A stretch of DNA of 64,000 nt from an uncultured Eubacteriales bacterium (GCA_964652895.1 CAZZCH010000004.1:5809-69808); one strand, 5' to 3'; counted from the first letter of the stretch, positions 18,433-28,185 are shown. The notes: a model not told the origin generated them from the sequence alone. A program made the numbers and translations.

Positions 18433-19839
18433 ATGGGAGGATTTTTCGGGGTCGTCGCCAAGCACGATATCGTCGAAGACCTGTTCTACGGCACGGATTA
18501 CCATTCGCACCTTGGGACGAAGCGCGGCGGCCTGGCCGTCGGCAACGGGACCGGCATCGTCCGCTACATCCACAACATCGAGAACGCCCAGTTCCGGTCG
18601 AAATTCGGAGAGGACATCGGCAAACTCCACGGTACTCGGGGCATCGGGGTCATCAGCGATTACGAAGACCAGCCGCTCCTTATCCGCTCCCACCTGGGGC
18701 ATTTTTCGATCGCCACGGTGGGCGTCATCAAGAACGCCGACAAGCTCGTCGAAAAGGCCTTCCGCGGCAAGTGCCTCCATTTCTCGGAAATGCGCGGCGG
18801 CGAGATCAATCCGACCGAGCTCGTGGCCGCCATCATCGACCAGAAGGACACGTTCGAGGCGGGCATCCAGCAAGTCTGGGAGCTCATCAAGGGGTCCTGC
18901 TCGATCCTTATCCTGACCGAGGACGGCGTCCTGGCCGCCAGGGACAAGCTCGGCCGCACGCCGGTCGTGCTGGGGAAAAAGCCGGGGTCGTTCGCCGCTT
19001 CCCTCGAGACCTGCGCTTTCCCGAACCTGGACTACGAGATCGACCGATACCTCGGGCCGGGCGAGATCGTTAAGATCACGCCCGACGGTTGCGAGCAACG
19101 GGTCCCGCCGCGCGATCAGCTCCAGATCTGCTCTTTCCTCTGGGTCTACTACGGCTATCCCGCTTCGAACTACGAAGGCATCAACGTCGAGATCGTCCGC
19201 AACCGCTGCGGGGCGCTGCTGGCCAAGAACGACGAGGTCACGGTCGATCTGGTCGCCGGCATTCCCGACTCGGGCATCGGCCACGGCCTGGGATACGCGG
19301 CCGAGGCGGGCATCCCCTTCCGTCGACCCTTCGTCAAATACACACCGACCTGGGCCCGGAGCTTCATGCCCCAGAACCAGGACGTTCGCGACCAGGTGGC
19401 CCGGATGAAGCTCATCCCCATCCGCGAGATCATCCAGGGGCGGAAGCTCCTTTTCTGCGAGGACTCGATCGTCCGGGGGACCCAGCTCAAGGATACCATC
19501 CAACGGCTTTATGAATCGGGGGCCGTCGAGGTCCACATGCGGCCGGCCTGCCCGCCTCTCGCCTACGGCTGCAAATATCTGAATTTTTCGCGCTCGCGGT
19601 CCGTACTCGACCTGGCCGCCCGCAAGGCCATCGCCGCCCTCGAAGGCCCGGACGCCAAGAACGTTGCGGAATACGCGAAAACGGGGTCGGAGAAGTACGA
19701 GGCCATGGTCGCCTGGATCGCCCAGAAGCTCGGCCTGACGACCCTGCGCTACCAGCGGCTCGAGGACTTGGTCGAAGCCATCGGCCTGCCCAAGGAGAAG
19801 CTCTGTACCTATTGTTGGGACGGCGTCGGCGTCGATTGA
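18433..19839 (+). CDS. amidophosphoribosyltransferase (PurF)-like protein lacking the N-terminal Cys nucleophile
   Basis: ORF trimmed to ATG 18433 (GGAGGAGG upstream). Ntn-glutaminase-like N-domain beginning MGGFFGVV, and a PRPP-binding loop LLFCEDSIVRGTQ. Confidence 0.8.
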   Translation: MGGFFGVVAKHDIVEDLFYGTDYHSHLGTKRGGLAVGNGTGIVRYIHNIENAQFRSKFGEDIGKLHGTRGIGVISDYEDQPLLIRSHLGHFSIATVGVIKNADKLVEKAFRGKCLHFSEMRGGEINPTELVAAIIDQKDTFEAGIQQVWELIKGSCSILILTEDGVLAARDKLGRTPVVLGKKPGSFAASLETCAFPNLDYEIDRYLGPGEIVKITPDGCEQRVPPRDQLQICSFLWVYYGYPASNYEGINVEIVRNRCGALLAKNDEVTVDLVAGIPDSGIGHGLGYAAEAGIPFRRPFVKYTPTWARSFMPQNQDVRDQVARMKLIPIREIIQGRKLLFCEDSIVRGTQLKDTIQRLYESGAVEVHMRPACPPLAYGCKYLNFSRSRSVLDLAARKAIAALEGPDAKNVAEYAKTGSEKYEAMVAWIAQKLGLTTLRYQRLEDLVEAIGLPKEKLCTYCWDGVGVD

Positions 19840-19898
19840 GTATGACTCAGCGACGCTCTGGCGCCCTGCCTCGGAGCTGGATGTTCACAAAAATAGGT

Positions 19899-20186
19899 CT
19901 AGCCAGCCGAGCTTAAATCGGGCAGGTAGGTTCCCGCCGTTTTGATATATCTTTTGCCTTCCCGATAGAGATCATAAGCATCCTTGCCCATTCTCAGCTT
20001 CTTTCTCGTGTCGTCGTCCATTCGAAAAACCACGGTGTAGGCGTACTTGGAGAGAAAATGGCGAGTCCGCGGCTTTTTCTCTTCGACTATGGCGGACCAT
20101 TCCTGCCGGGTTTCCTTTTTTCTCTGCATAAGAAATGGGAGGAAAAAGAGGAAGTCAAAAAAGAAACCGAATAGAATATCCAACAT
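19899..20186 (-). CDS. hypothetical small membrane-anchored protein
   Basis: 95-aa ORF in the AT-rich islet. Phe-rich N-terminal TM segment and a GAGAGGAAG RBS-like element upstream. No family recognised. Confidence 0.45.
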   Translation of the reverse strand: MLDILFGFFFDFLFFLPFLMQRKKETRQEWSAIVEEKKPRTRHFLSKYAYTVVFRMDDDTRKKLRMGKDAYDLYREGKRYIKTAGTYLPDLSSAG

Positions 20187-20320
20187 CGCCTTATTATCTT
20201 CCTCTCAACTTGAATTGTCCTCATGATAACCTGGAGCAGGCTGGGTGTCAATCCGTCGGCATGTTGCGTAGCCGGAGGTTTCGCTTTATAATCAGATCAG
20301 TGAGTTTATGGAGGGAAAAA

Positions 20321-20572
20321 ATGAAACTTCCTAGATCTACGATTGTTTTGATTAACGTGGTTCTCGTACTAATTATCGTCTTCTTGTTTAAATCATTTAT
20401 AAGTTTTCCCAAGATGGCCAATGCCGCCTCGCCCGGGGAATACAAAGTTGTTCATACAAATCTTGTCCAAGTTGAGACGATGCTCAATAATACGGCCAAG
20501 GAAGGCTGGAAGTTCGTTAATTGGGGCTTGTGGACCCCGGGTCCAAATGTGACATTAGTATTTGAACGCTGA
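20321..20572 (+). CDS. small membrane-anchored DUF4177-like protein
   Basis: ATG 20321 preceded by GGAGGGA. TM helix, then EYKVV...LNNTAKEGWKFV...TLVFER, which resembles the DUF4177 pattern. Confidence 0.55.
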   Translation: MKLPRSTIVLINVVLVLIIVFLFKSFISFPKMANAASPGEYKVVHTNLVQVETMLNNTAKEGWKFVNWGLWTPGPNVTLVFER

Positions 20573-20775
20573 GTTTTTCCTTATTAATGCCGATCAGACG
20601 GCAGAGCCCTGACCAGAAAATAGTCCGGTCCTTCCACGGCTTCTTCTCATGGGGCAGAATTCTTGTGACGGATTAGGTTGAAACGCGCTGAATACTACGG
20701 ATTCAGACGGAAATCGAAAATGGGTTCAGGAAAAATTCTAACATGCTGACGACAGAGAGAATCGTGCAAAAGAAA

Positions 20776-20852
<77 letters not shown>

Positions 20853-20863
20853 ATACCGCCGTT

Positions 20864-20891
20864 ATTATAACAAATCCGCCCGGATTGTCAA
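20864..20891 (-). promoter_or_regulatory. near-consensus sigma-70 promoter for tRNA-fMet
   Basis: On the minus strand: TTGACA (20891..20886), 16-nt spacer ending in TGt (extended -10), TATAAT (20869..20864). The tRNA 5' end lies 11 nt downstream. Confidence 0.6.
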
Positions 20892-20973
20892 CGCCAAATC
20901 GGCCTTCCCTCGACCGGCCCAATTTCCGGCTTGACTTTGGCGGCCGGGAAAACTAAATATAAGGGGAAATTCC

Positions 20974-21471
20974 ATGGTCTGGGCTGTTTTTTTAATCCTC
21001 TCTTTCCTCTGTATCGGTTCGGTCATGGCCATGATCCTTTCGCGGAACCAGGCCCATAGCGCCCTTTTCTTGGTCCTTTCGTTTTCCAGCCTGGGCGGTC
21101 TCTTCGGCCTGCTCGACGCTCCCTTCGCCGCCGCCGTCCAGGTGCTGGTCTACGCCGGGGCCATCATGGTCCTCTTCCTCTTCGCCATCATGATGTTCAA
21201 CCTCCGGGGAGAGCTTCCCGCCCGAGCCAAGAAGCTCCGGCTGGCCCTTACGGCCGGGCTGGGGATCGTCCTCCTGGCCGAGCTTCTCCTGGCCGGCTGC
21301 AAGCTCGTCCTCGGGAACCCCGGGGCAGCCCAGACGTCCGGGGGCGACACGGCCCGGCTCGGACACCTCCTTTTCTCCGACTACATCTACGCGTTCGAGA
21401 TCACGTCTCTCCTCATCCTGGCCGCCCTCGTGGGCGCGCTGGCCCTAGCCGGCAAAAAGGAGGGCGCGTGA
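20974..21471 (+). CDS. nuoJ: NADH-quinone oxidoreductase subunit J
   Basis: 165-aa membrane protein with NuoJ/ND6-like sequence (VLVYAGAIMVLFLFAIMM). It is the first gene of a J-K-L-M-N series. Confidence 0.9.
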   Translation: MVWAVFLILSFLCIGSVMAMILSRNQAHSALFLVLSFSSLGGLFGLLDAPFAAAVQVLVYAGAIMVLFLFAIMMFNLRGELPARAKKLRLALTAGLGIVLLAELLLAGCKLVLGNPGAAQTSGGDTARLGHLLFSDYIYAFEITSLLILAALVGALALAGKKEGA

Positions 21472-21770
21472 TCCCCTCATCGGCGTTTTTCGTCCTGGCC
21501 GCCGTCCTCTTCGTCCTCGGAGTCGTGGCCTTTTTCGTCAAGAAAGACCTGCTGACGCAATTCATGGCCGTCGAGGTCATGCTTAACGCGGGAAACCTGG
21601 CGTTCTTAGCCCTGGCCAAGGCTCTAGGCAAGGCCGATGGCCAGGCCATCGTTCTTTTCGTCATCACCGTGGCCGCGGCCGAAGCGGTAATAGGCCTGGC
21701 GATCATCGTCCTCGTCTTTCGTCAGCGGAAGACCATTCAAACCGACGATCTCAAGGACCTGAAGGGCTAG
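21468..21770 (+). CDS. nuoK: NADH-quinone oxidoreductase subunit K
   Basis: 100 aa, GTGA overlap with nuoJ. The EAVIGLAI motif is typical of NuoK/ND4L. Confidence 0.9.
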   Translation: MIPSSAFFVLAAVLFVLGVVAFFVKKDLLTQFMAVEVMLNAGNLAFLALAKALGKADGQAIVLFVITVAAAEAVIGLAIIVLVFRQRKTIQTDDLKDLKG

Positions 21771-21771
21771 G

Positions 21772-23670
21772 ATGGCCGAGCTATTCTGGCTGATCCCCCT
21801 GATACCGGGAGCGAGCTCGCTCCTTCTCATCCTTTTCGGGACGAAACTTTCCCGGCGTTGGATCGCCTGGCAGGCCTCGTCGGCCGTCTTCCTGTCGTTC
21901 CTGCTGTCCCTAGCGGCCTTCGTCCATCTCGCTCGGCTTCCCGGCGCGGGCCCCGGCCTCGGCAAGACCCTGATTCCCTGGATCTCGAGCGGGTCTTTCT
22001 CCTCCCGTATCGCCTTCGTCTTCGACCATCTGACGGCCGTCATGGCCCTGGTCGTCACGGGGGTCGGCCTGCTCATTCATGTCTATTCGACCGCCTATAT
22101 GGCCGAAGACCGGTCTTACGCAAGGTATTTCGCCCACCTCAACCTGTTCTCTTTCTTCATGCTCGTCCTGGTCATGGCCTCGGATATCGTCCTCATGTTC
22201 TTGGGCTGGGAAGGGGTCGGACTCTGCTCGTATCTCCTGATCGGGTTCTGGTTCGATCGGCCCGAGGCGGCCAAGGCCGGCATGAAGGCTTTTATCGTCA
22301 ACCGGATCGGCGACGCGGCCTTCATAATCGGCATCCTCTTCCTCCTGGCCAACGTCGGCGGCTCGAGCTTCGCCGCCATCAACGAAGCCGGCGCAAACGG
22401 CCTCCTGCCCTCGGGGCTGGTGACCCTGGTCGCCCTCCTCCTCTTCATCGGGGCGACGGGAAAATCGGCCCAGATCCCGCTCTACGTCTGGCTCCCCGAC
22501 GCCATGGAGGGCCCAACGCCGGTGTCGGCCCTCATCCACGCCGCGACCATGGTCACCGCGGGCGTTTACATGGTCTGCCGCCTGAGCGGTCTTTATGCCG
22601 CCTCGATCCCCGCAGCGACCGTCGTCGCCTGGATCGGGGCCGCGACGGCCCTGTTCGCCGCGACCATGGCCCTCGTCCAGAACGACATCAAGAAGGTCCT
22701 GGCTTACTCCACCATCTCCCAAATCGGCTACATGTTCCTCGGCTGCGGCGTCGGGGCCTATGCCGCGGGGATGTTCCACCTCGTCACGCACGCCTTCTTC
22801 AAGAGCCTGCTCTTCCTGGCCGCGGGCAGCGTCATCCATGCCCTGGCCGGCGAGCAGGACATGCGTCGGATGGGCGGCCTCAAGAAATATCTCCCCGTGA
22901 CCTTTCCCGTATTCCTCATCGGGGCCCTGGCCATTTCGGGCGTCCCGTTCCTCTCGGGTTTTTTCTCCAAGGACGCCATCCTGACGAGCGCGTTCGGCGG
23001 CGGCCATTACGTCCTCTATGGGCTGGGCCTTCTGGGCGCCGTTCTGACGGCGTTCTACATGTTCCGTCTCGTTTACCTGACATTCTATGGTGAGGAGCGG
23101 TTTGCCCGGGATCCCGGTCATCACGTCCATGAGTCGCCGCGGGCGATGACCATTCCTCTCATCTTCCTGGCCGCTTTCTCCGTCCTGGCCGGTTACATCG
23201 GCCTGCCCGTCCTTTTCGGCGGGAAAGCCGATCTCTTCGGCCGCTTTATGGAGGGCTCGGTCAAGACTCTGAGCCAACATCTGGCTGTTTCCACGGAGGG
23301 AGTGCTCATTATCGCGGCCACGGCCGCGGCGCTCCTAGGCATCGTCCTGGCCTACGTTTTCTACCGCCGGACGCCCACCCTCCCCGGCCGTCTGGCTTCT
23401 CGTTTTCCCGGCATCTACCGGCTCCTCGTGAGCAGATACTATATCGACGAGGCCTATGACGCCGTCGCCGTCCGCCCCCTGGTCAGAGGGGCCGAAAAGG
23501 TCTATGAAAGTTTCGACCTCAAGGTCATCGACGCTGCGCTCGACGGGTCGGCCACCGTCGCCAGCCTGGCCGGCAAAGGCTTGAATTTCCTTCAGAGCGG
23601 GTTTGTTCGCGACTACGCCCTGGCATTTCTCATCGGGGCGATAATTTTCCTGGGATTCCTGCTGCTATGA
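21772..23670 (+). CDS. nuoL: NADH-quinone oxidoreductase subunit L
   Basis: 632 aa, antiporter-like subunit (WEGVGLCSYLLIGFW, GKSAQIPLYVWLPDAMEGPTPVSALIHAATMV). Confidence 0.95.
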   Translation: MAELFWLIPLIPGASSLLLILFGTKLSRRWIAWQASSAVFLSFLLSLAAFVHLARLPGAGPGLGKTLIPWISSGSFSSRIAFVFDHLTAVMALVVTGVGLLIHVYSTAYMAEDRSYARYFAHLNLFSFFMLVLVMASDIVLMFLGWEGVGLCSYLLIGFWFDRPEAAKAGMKAFIVNRIGDAAFIIGILFLLANVGGSSFAAINEAGANGLLPSGLVTLVALLLFIGATGKSAQIPLYVWLPDAMEGPTPVSALIHAATMVTAGVYMVCRLSGLYAASIPAATVVAWIGAATALFAATMALVQNDIKKVLAYSTISQIGYMFLGCGVGAYAAGMFHLVTHAFFKSLLFLAAGSVIHALAGEQDMRRMGGLKKYLPVTFPVFLIGALAISGVPFLSGFFSKDAILTSAFGGGHYVLYGLGLLGAVLTAFYMFRLVYLTFYGEERFARDPGHHVHESPRAMTIPLIFLAAFSVLAGYIGLPVLFGGKADLFGRFMEGSVKTLSQHLAVSTEGVLIIAATAAALLGIVLAYVFYRRTPTLPGRLASRFPGIYRLLVSRYYIDEAYDAVAVRPLVRGAEKVYESFDLKVIDAALDGSATVASLAGKGLNFLQSGFVRDYALAFLIGAIIFLGFLLL

Positions 23671-25256
23671 TCGCGAACCTGCCGCTCGTTTCCATGGTCA
23701 CGTTCCTGCCGCTTGCCGGCGCGCTCCTCCTCGTCTTTTTCCGGCGGGGGTCGGTCAAGGCCGTGCGGATGGCTACCCTGTCGGTATCGCTCCTGACCTT
23801 CGTTTTCTCCCTGCTCATTTTCTTCGGATTTGACGGGAAGGCCGGCCTTCCGGAGTTCGTCGAACATGCGCCGTGGCTCGGGCGCGGCCTCGACTATCAC
23901 GTCGGGGTCGACGGCATCAGTCTCTTCCTTGTTCTTCTCGCGGCTTTCCTCACCCCCCTGGCCCTGCTGTCATCCTGGCGGGCCGTCAACGATCGGATCA
24001 AGGAATTCTCGTTCTTCATGCTCGTCCTCGAGACCGGCATGATCGGCGTCTTCGTCTCCCTCAACCTCTTCCTGTTCTACGTTTTTTGGGAGGCCATGCT
24101 CATCCCGATGTATTTCCTCATCGGGCTCTGGGGAGGCCGCCGCCGGATCTATGCCACGACGAAATTCATCCTTTTCACCATGTTCGGAAGCCTGCTCATG
24201 CTCGTCGGCATCTTCGTCCTCTATGCCGCATACCATCGGGCGACCGGAACCTTCTCCCTGGCCATCTTCGACCTGGCCGACGAGGCCCTCTCCCCCGCCC
24301 TCCAGACCTGGGTTTTCCTTGCCTTCGGACTGGCTTTCGCCATCAAGATCCCTCTTTTCCCGCTCCACACCTGGCTCCCCGACGCCCACGTCGAGGCGCC
24401 GACGGCCGGCTCCGTCCTCCTGGCCGCGGTCCTCCTCAAGATGGGGGCCTACGGCTTCCTGCGCTTGGGCATCCCCCTCTTCCCCCAGGCCGCGGCATCC
24501 TTCGCCCCGGCTCTTTCGGTCCTGGCCGCCGTTGGCATCATCTACGGCGGCCTGATGGCGCTCGCCCAGAAGGACATGAAGTCCCTCGTCGCCTACTCGA
24601 GTGTCAGCCACATGGGCCTCATCATGCTGGCCGTATTCTCTCTCAACTTCACGGCCACCGAAGGCGCCCTCTACCAGATGCTCAACCATGGCCTGAGCAC
24701 GGGCGCGCTTTTCCTCTGCGTCGGGATCCTCTACGAGCGGACCCACACCCGGCTCATCAAGGATTACGGCGGTGCCGCCGCCCGGATGCCCGTCTTCGCG
24801 GCCATATTCCTCGTCGCCATGCTTTCGTCCGCGGGGCTGCCGGGGCTCAACGGCTTCGTCGGGGAGATCCTGTGCTTCTTCGGCATCTTCACCTCGAACA
24901 AAGTCCTGGCGGCGCTCGGCGTTTCGACCGTTATTCTGTCGGCAGCCTATCTTCTCTGGCTTTACCGGAGGATCATGCACGGCCCGCTCAGAGATCCGGA
25001 CGGGCTTCTCCGGGACGTCGACCGCCGGGAGCTCGCCACCCTCGTCCCCATCATCATCCTTATTCTCCTGATGGGCCTTTTCCCGGGGACCATCCTTCGA
25101 AAGATGGACGCGTCCGTTTCCCGCTATATCGACTCCCTGCGAGACGGGACCCGGGCCGTGCTCCCGGTCCAACCGGATACCGGAGGGACGATCCGGGTTC
25201 TGATTCCGGACCTATCCCCAGGGCAGACCGCAAACGTCGCCAGGCGGGAGCGGTAG
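23667..25256 (+). CDS. nuoM: NADH-quinone oxidoreductase subunit M
   Basis: 529 aa, ATGA overlap with nuoL. Contains the PLFPLHTWLPDAHVEAPTAGSVLLA motif. Confidence 0.95.
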   Translation: MIANLPLVSMVTFLPLAGALLLVFFRRGSVKAVRMATLSVSLLTFVFSLLIFFGFDGKAGLPEFVEHAPWLGRGLDYHVGVDGISLFLVLLAAFLTPLALLSSWRAVNDRIKEFSFFMLVLETGMIGVFVSLNLFLFYVFWEAMLIPMYFLIGLWGGRRRIYATTKFILFTMFGSLLMLVGIFVLYAAYHRATGTFSLAIFDLADEALSPALQTWVFLAFGLAFAIKIPLFPLHTWLPDAHVEAPTAGSVLLAAVLLKMGAYGFLRLGIPLFPQAAASFAPALSVLAAVGIIYGGLMALAQKDMKSLVAYSSVSHMGLIMLAVFSLNFTATEGALYQMLNHGLSTGALFLCVGILYERTHTRLIKDYGGAAARMPVFAAIFLVAMLSSAGLPGLNGFVGEILCFFGIFTSNKVLAALGVSTVILSAAYLLWLYRRIMHGPLRDPDGLLRDVDRRELATLVPIIILILLMGLFPGTILRKMDASVSRYIDSLRDGTRAVLPVQPDTGGTIRVLIPDLSPGQTANVARRER

Positions 25257-25257
25257 G

Positions 25258-26688
25258 ATGACGACGTTCATGGCCGTGGCCCCTCTCATCGCCGTCGTTT
25301 CGGGCGCTCTCGTCGTCCTGCTCGCGGAAGCGTTCATGAAACGGACCGGCCGGGAACCCCTCGGCTACCTCGCCGGCATCGCTCTCCTCGCGGCCGGTTT
25401 TTTCACGGTCCGCTCCTGGAACCACGATCTGAGCTATTTCGGCGGGCGTCTTCTCCTCGACCGGTTCGCCCTGCTCCTCATGGCCGTCTTCGTCGTCGTC
25501 GGCCTCGTCGTCGTCCTGATGAGCCTTGAATACGCGGCCCGCCAGGGCGTGAATTTCGGCGAGCTCTGCGGTCTCGTCCTCCTGGCCGTATCGGGGCTGA
25601 TGATCATGGTCTCCACGACAGATTGGCTCGTCGTTTTCCTGGGGCTCGAGGTCCTCTCGGTCGCTTCGTATGCCCTAACGGGCCTTAAGAGGGCCGATAG
25701 GTTTTCCTCCGAAGCAGCGGCCAAGTACTTTCTGATGGGCAGTTTCGCCGGCGCTTTCTTCGTCTTCGGTCTGGCCCTTATTTTCGGCAGCTCGGGGAAC
25801 CTCGATTTTTCGACGTTTATCGCGACCGGGACATCGCGCTCGGGCCTGGCCCCTGCCGCCGCCACCGGCCTGGGCCTTATCCTCTCAGCCCTGGGCTTCA
25901 AGATCGCCATCGCTCCCTTCCACATGTGGGCCCCCGACGTCTACGAGGGCGCCCCGACGCCCGTGACCGTCTTCCTGACCGTTGCGCCCAAGGCCGCCGG
26001 ACTGGCCGTCCTCTTCAGGCTCCTCGTCCCCCTCATGAGGAACGAGCCCTTCGCCGCCGTCTTCGGCCCCGCCCTGACACTCTTGGCGGTCCTGACCATG
26101 TTCGCCGGCAACCTGGCGGCGCTCCGTCAAAAAAGCGTCAAGAGGATGCTGGCCTATTCGAGCATCGCCCATACGGGCTATCTCCTCATGGCCGTCATCT
26201 CCGGGGACGGGCCGAGCCTCGTCTTCTACCTCGTCGTCTATCTGTTCATGAACGCCGGGGCCTTCGGCGTCGTGGCGGCGATGTCGCGGAAAGGTGTCGA
26301 GTACACGGCGCTTGACGATTTTGCCGGCCTCGGCCGCCGTTACCCGTGGCTGGCCGTCTGTTTCTCCGTCTTCCTTCTTTCCCTGGCCGGCTTTCCGCCC
26401 ACGGCCGGCTTCCTGGCCAAGTTCTATGTCTTCAGCGGAGCCGTCCGAGAGGGGCATGTCGCGCTGGCCGCGGCCGCGGTCCTGGCCAGCCTGGTTTCGG
26501 TCGGGTACTACTTGAAGATCATCGTTGTCATGTACATGAAGGACGAGAACGGCGAGGTCGCCATCGACCGGGAGAACCCGGCCCTTTACCTGGTTATCTT
26601 CTTATGCCTGTTCGGAACGGTCCAGCTGGGGTTGTGGCCCGGGAACCTCCTGGCCCTCATCCGCCAGGCTTTCTCTGCCGTTTTCTAG
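25258..26688 (+). CDS. nuoN: NADH-quinone oxidoreductase subunit N
   Basis: 476 aa. Contains the APFHMWAPDVYEGAPTPVT motif. Confidence 0.95.
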   Translation: MTTFMAVAPLIAVVSGALVVLLAEAFMKRTGREPLGYLAGIALLAAGFFTVRSWNHDLSYFGGRLLLDRFALLLMAVFVVVGLVVVLMSLEYAARQGVNFGELCGLVLLAVSGLMIMVSTTDWLVVFLGLEVLSVASYALTGLKRADRFSSEAAAKYFLMGSFAGAFFVFGLALIFGSSGNLDFSTFIATGTSRSGLAPAAATGLGLILSALGFKIAIAPFHMWAPDVYEGAPTPVTVFLTVAPKAAGLAVLFRLLVPLMRNEPFAAVFGPALTLLAVLTMFAGNLAALRQKSVKRMLAYSSIAHTGYLLMAVISGDGPSLVFYLVVYLFMNAGAFGVVAAMSRKGVEYTALDDFAGLGRRYPWLAVCFSVFLLSLAGFPPTAGFLAKFYVFSGAVREGHVALAAAAVLASLVSVGYYLKIIVVMYMKDENGEVAIDRENPALYLVIFLCLFGTVQLGLWPGNLLALIRQAFSAVF

Positions 26689-26710
26689 ATTTCTTGCCCC
26701 ATCGGCCCGG

Positions 26711-27940
26711 CTAGTCCAGGGCTTTGCCCTTCGTCTCGGGAATGCCGATCCACAACACCGCCGCCGCCACGAAGGCCAGTGATATCACGATGAACGAGAA
26801 TCCGAATCCCCGCGTTTGCGCCAGGGAGCCGACGACCAACGGCGCCATGGCGCTGACGATGCGGCCGGTGTTGTAGGTGATGCCCTGGGCCGTGGCCCGG
26901 ACGGCCGTCGGGTAGATCTCCGCCGTCAGGGCACCGAAACCCGTAAAATACCCCGTGCCGAAGAAAGCGACGAATGGCCCCAGCAGAAGAAGGAGAAGTG
27001 GCTGACGCGTCTGGGAGTAAAGCAGCATAAATACAGAGGCGGCCAGGAGAAATCCCACATACGAGCGCTTCCGCCCGAGCTTGTCACTGATGAAGCCGAA
27101 GGTGATATAGCCGAGCCACATTCCGGACTGCATGATTATGACCAGGCCCGACATCGTCCGCGGACTGAGGCCGATGCCACCCTGACTGGGAGCCATCGAC
27201 AAATAGGCCGGCAGCCAGAGGTTGAAGCCCCACCAGGCGAACATGGTGCAGGCGTTCATCAGGGTCACGAGAACGGTCAACCGCAGTCTCTTTTTCCCGA
27301 AGATCTCCCTGAATCCGGACCGGATGCTCGGCGCCGCCGCCCGGCCGGCCCTCCAGATCTCCGGCTCCCGGACCTTCTTCTGGATCCAGAGCGTGAAGAA
27401 AGCCGGAATGACGCCGATGAAAAAAACGCCCCTCCATCCCCACAGGGGCAAGACGATCGCGGCGACCGCCGCCGCGGCGGCGTATCCGACGGCCCAGGAG
27501 CTCTGGACGATGCCCAGGGCCTTGCCGCGGTGCTGGGCGGGCCAGGTTTCCGAGACGAGGGCCGCCCCGCTGGCCCATTCCCCGCCCATGCCCAGGCCGA
27601 GGAAGATCCGGAAGACGGCCAGCATGACGACGCTCGATGCGAAGCCGCAGGCCGCGGTGAAAACCGAATAGATCAGGACGCTGCCCATCAGGGCTCTGCG
27701 GCGGCCGAATCGGTCGGCGATGACGCCGAAAACCAGGCCGCCTACGGCGGAAGCGATGAGCGTCAGAGAGCCCAGCAGTCCGGCCGTCGCTTTGGCCATG
27801 CTCATGTCGGACATGAGCGCCGCCAGGACCATGGCGTAGAGCATGACGTCGAAGGAGTCGAGCATCCAGCCGAACGAGGCCGCGACGAGGGACCGCCGCG
27901 CGTCCGGAGAGGCGTCCTTCCACCAGGCGAAACGGGGCAT
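26711..27940 (-). CDS. MFS transporter
   Basis: 409 aa, 12-TM pattern, MFS loop motif GVIADRFGRRRAL. Confidence 0.85.
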   Translation of the reverse strand: MPRFAWWKDASPDARRSLVAASFGWMLDSFDVMLYAMVLAALMSDMSMAKATAGLLGSLTLIASAVGGLVFGVIADRFGRRRALMGSVLIYSVFTAACGFASSVVMLAVFRIFLGLGMGGEWASGAALVSETWPAQHRGKALGIVQSSWAVGYAAAAAVAAIVLPLWGWRGVFFIGVIPAFFTLWIQKKVREPEIWRAGRAAAPSIRSGFREIFGKKRLRLTVLVTLMNACTMFAWWGFNLWLPAYLSMAPSQGGIGLSPRTMSGLVIIMQSGMWLGYITFGFISDKLGRKRSYVGFLLAASVFMLLYSQTRQPLLLLLLGPFVAFFGTGYFTGFGALTAEIYPTAVRATAQGITYNTGRIVSAMAPLVVGSLAQTRGFGFSFIVISLAFVAAAVLWIGIPETKGKALD

Positions 27941-28185
27941 CAGCGGATCTCCATGCCGTTATAGCGCAGGTAAATGATACAACCGAGTCCGTAGATCATC
28001 CATCCCGCGAGCGAGATCAGGCGGCCGGCCGGCGAGGGGAAAACGACCGGGATTATGAAAATGGCGATGGCCATCCCTGTGATGATGGTCCGCTCCTTGA
28101 CCGTCTCGGCGACGATGAAAGCCCAAACTCCGAAAATAACGGCGATCCCGATCCCGATGGCGCCGTAAGGGATACCCATGGCCAT
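27940..28185 (-). CDS. hypothetical small membrane protein
   Basis: 81 aa, about 3 hydrophobic segments. Its stop overlaps the MFS start (TGATG), suggesting co-translation. No family recognised. Confidence 0.5.
   Translation of the reverse strand: MAMGIPYGAIGIGIAVIFGVWAFIVAETVKERTIITGMAIAIFIIPVVFPSPAGRLISLAGWMIYGLGCIIYLRYNGMEIR

Noticed and set aside
21858-25261. 411-aa and 462-aa alternative-frame plus-strand ORFs, and the 456-aa and 400-aa minus-strand ORFs, inside nuoL/nuoM
   Set aside because: The nuoL and nuoM frames carry canonical antiporter-subunit motifs. The alternatives are Arg/Pro/Gly-rich out-of-frame artefacts.
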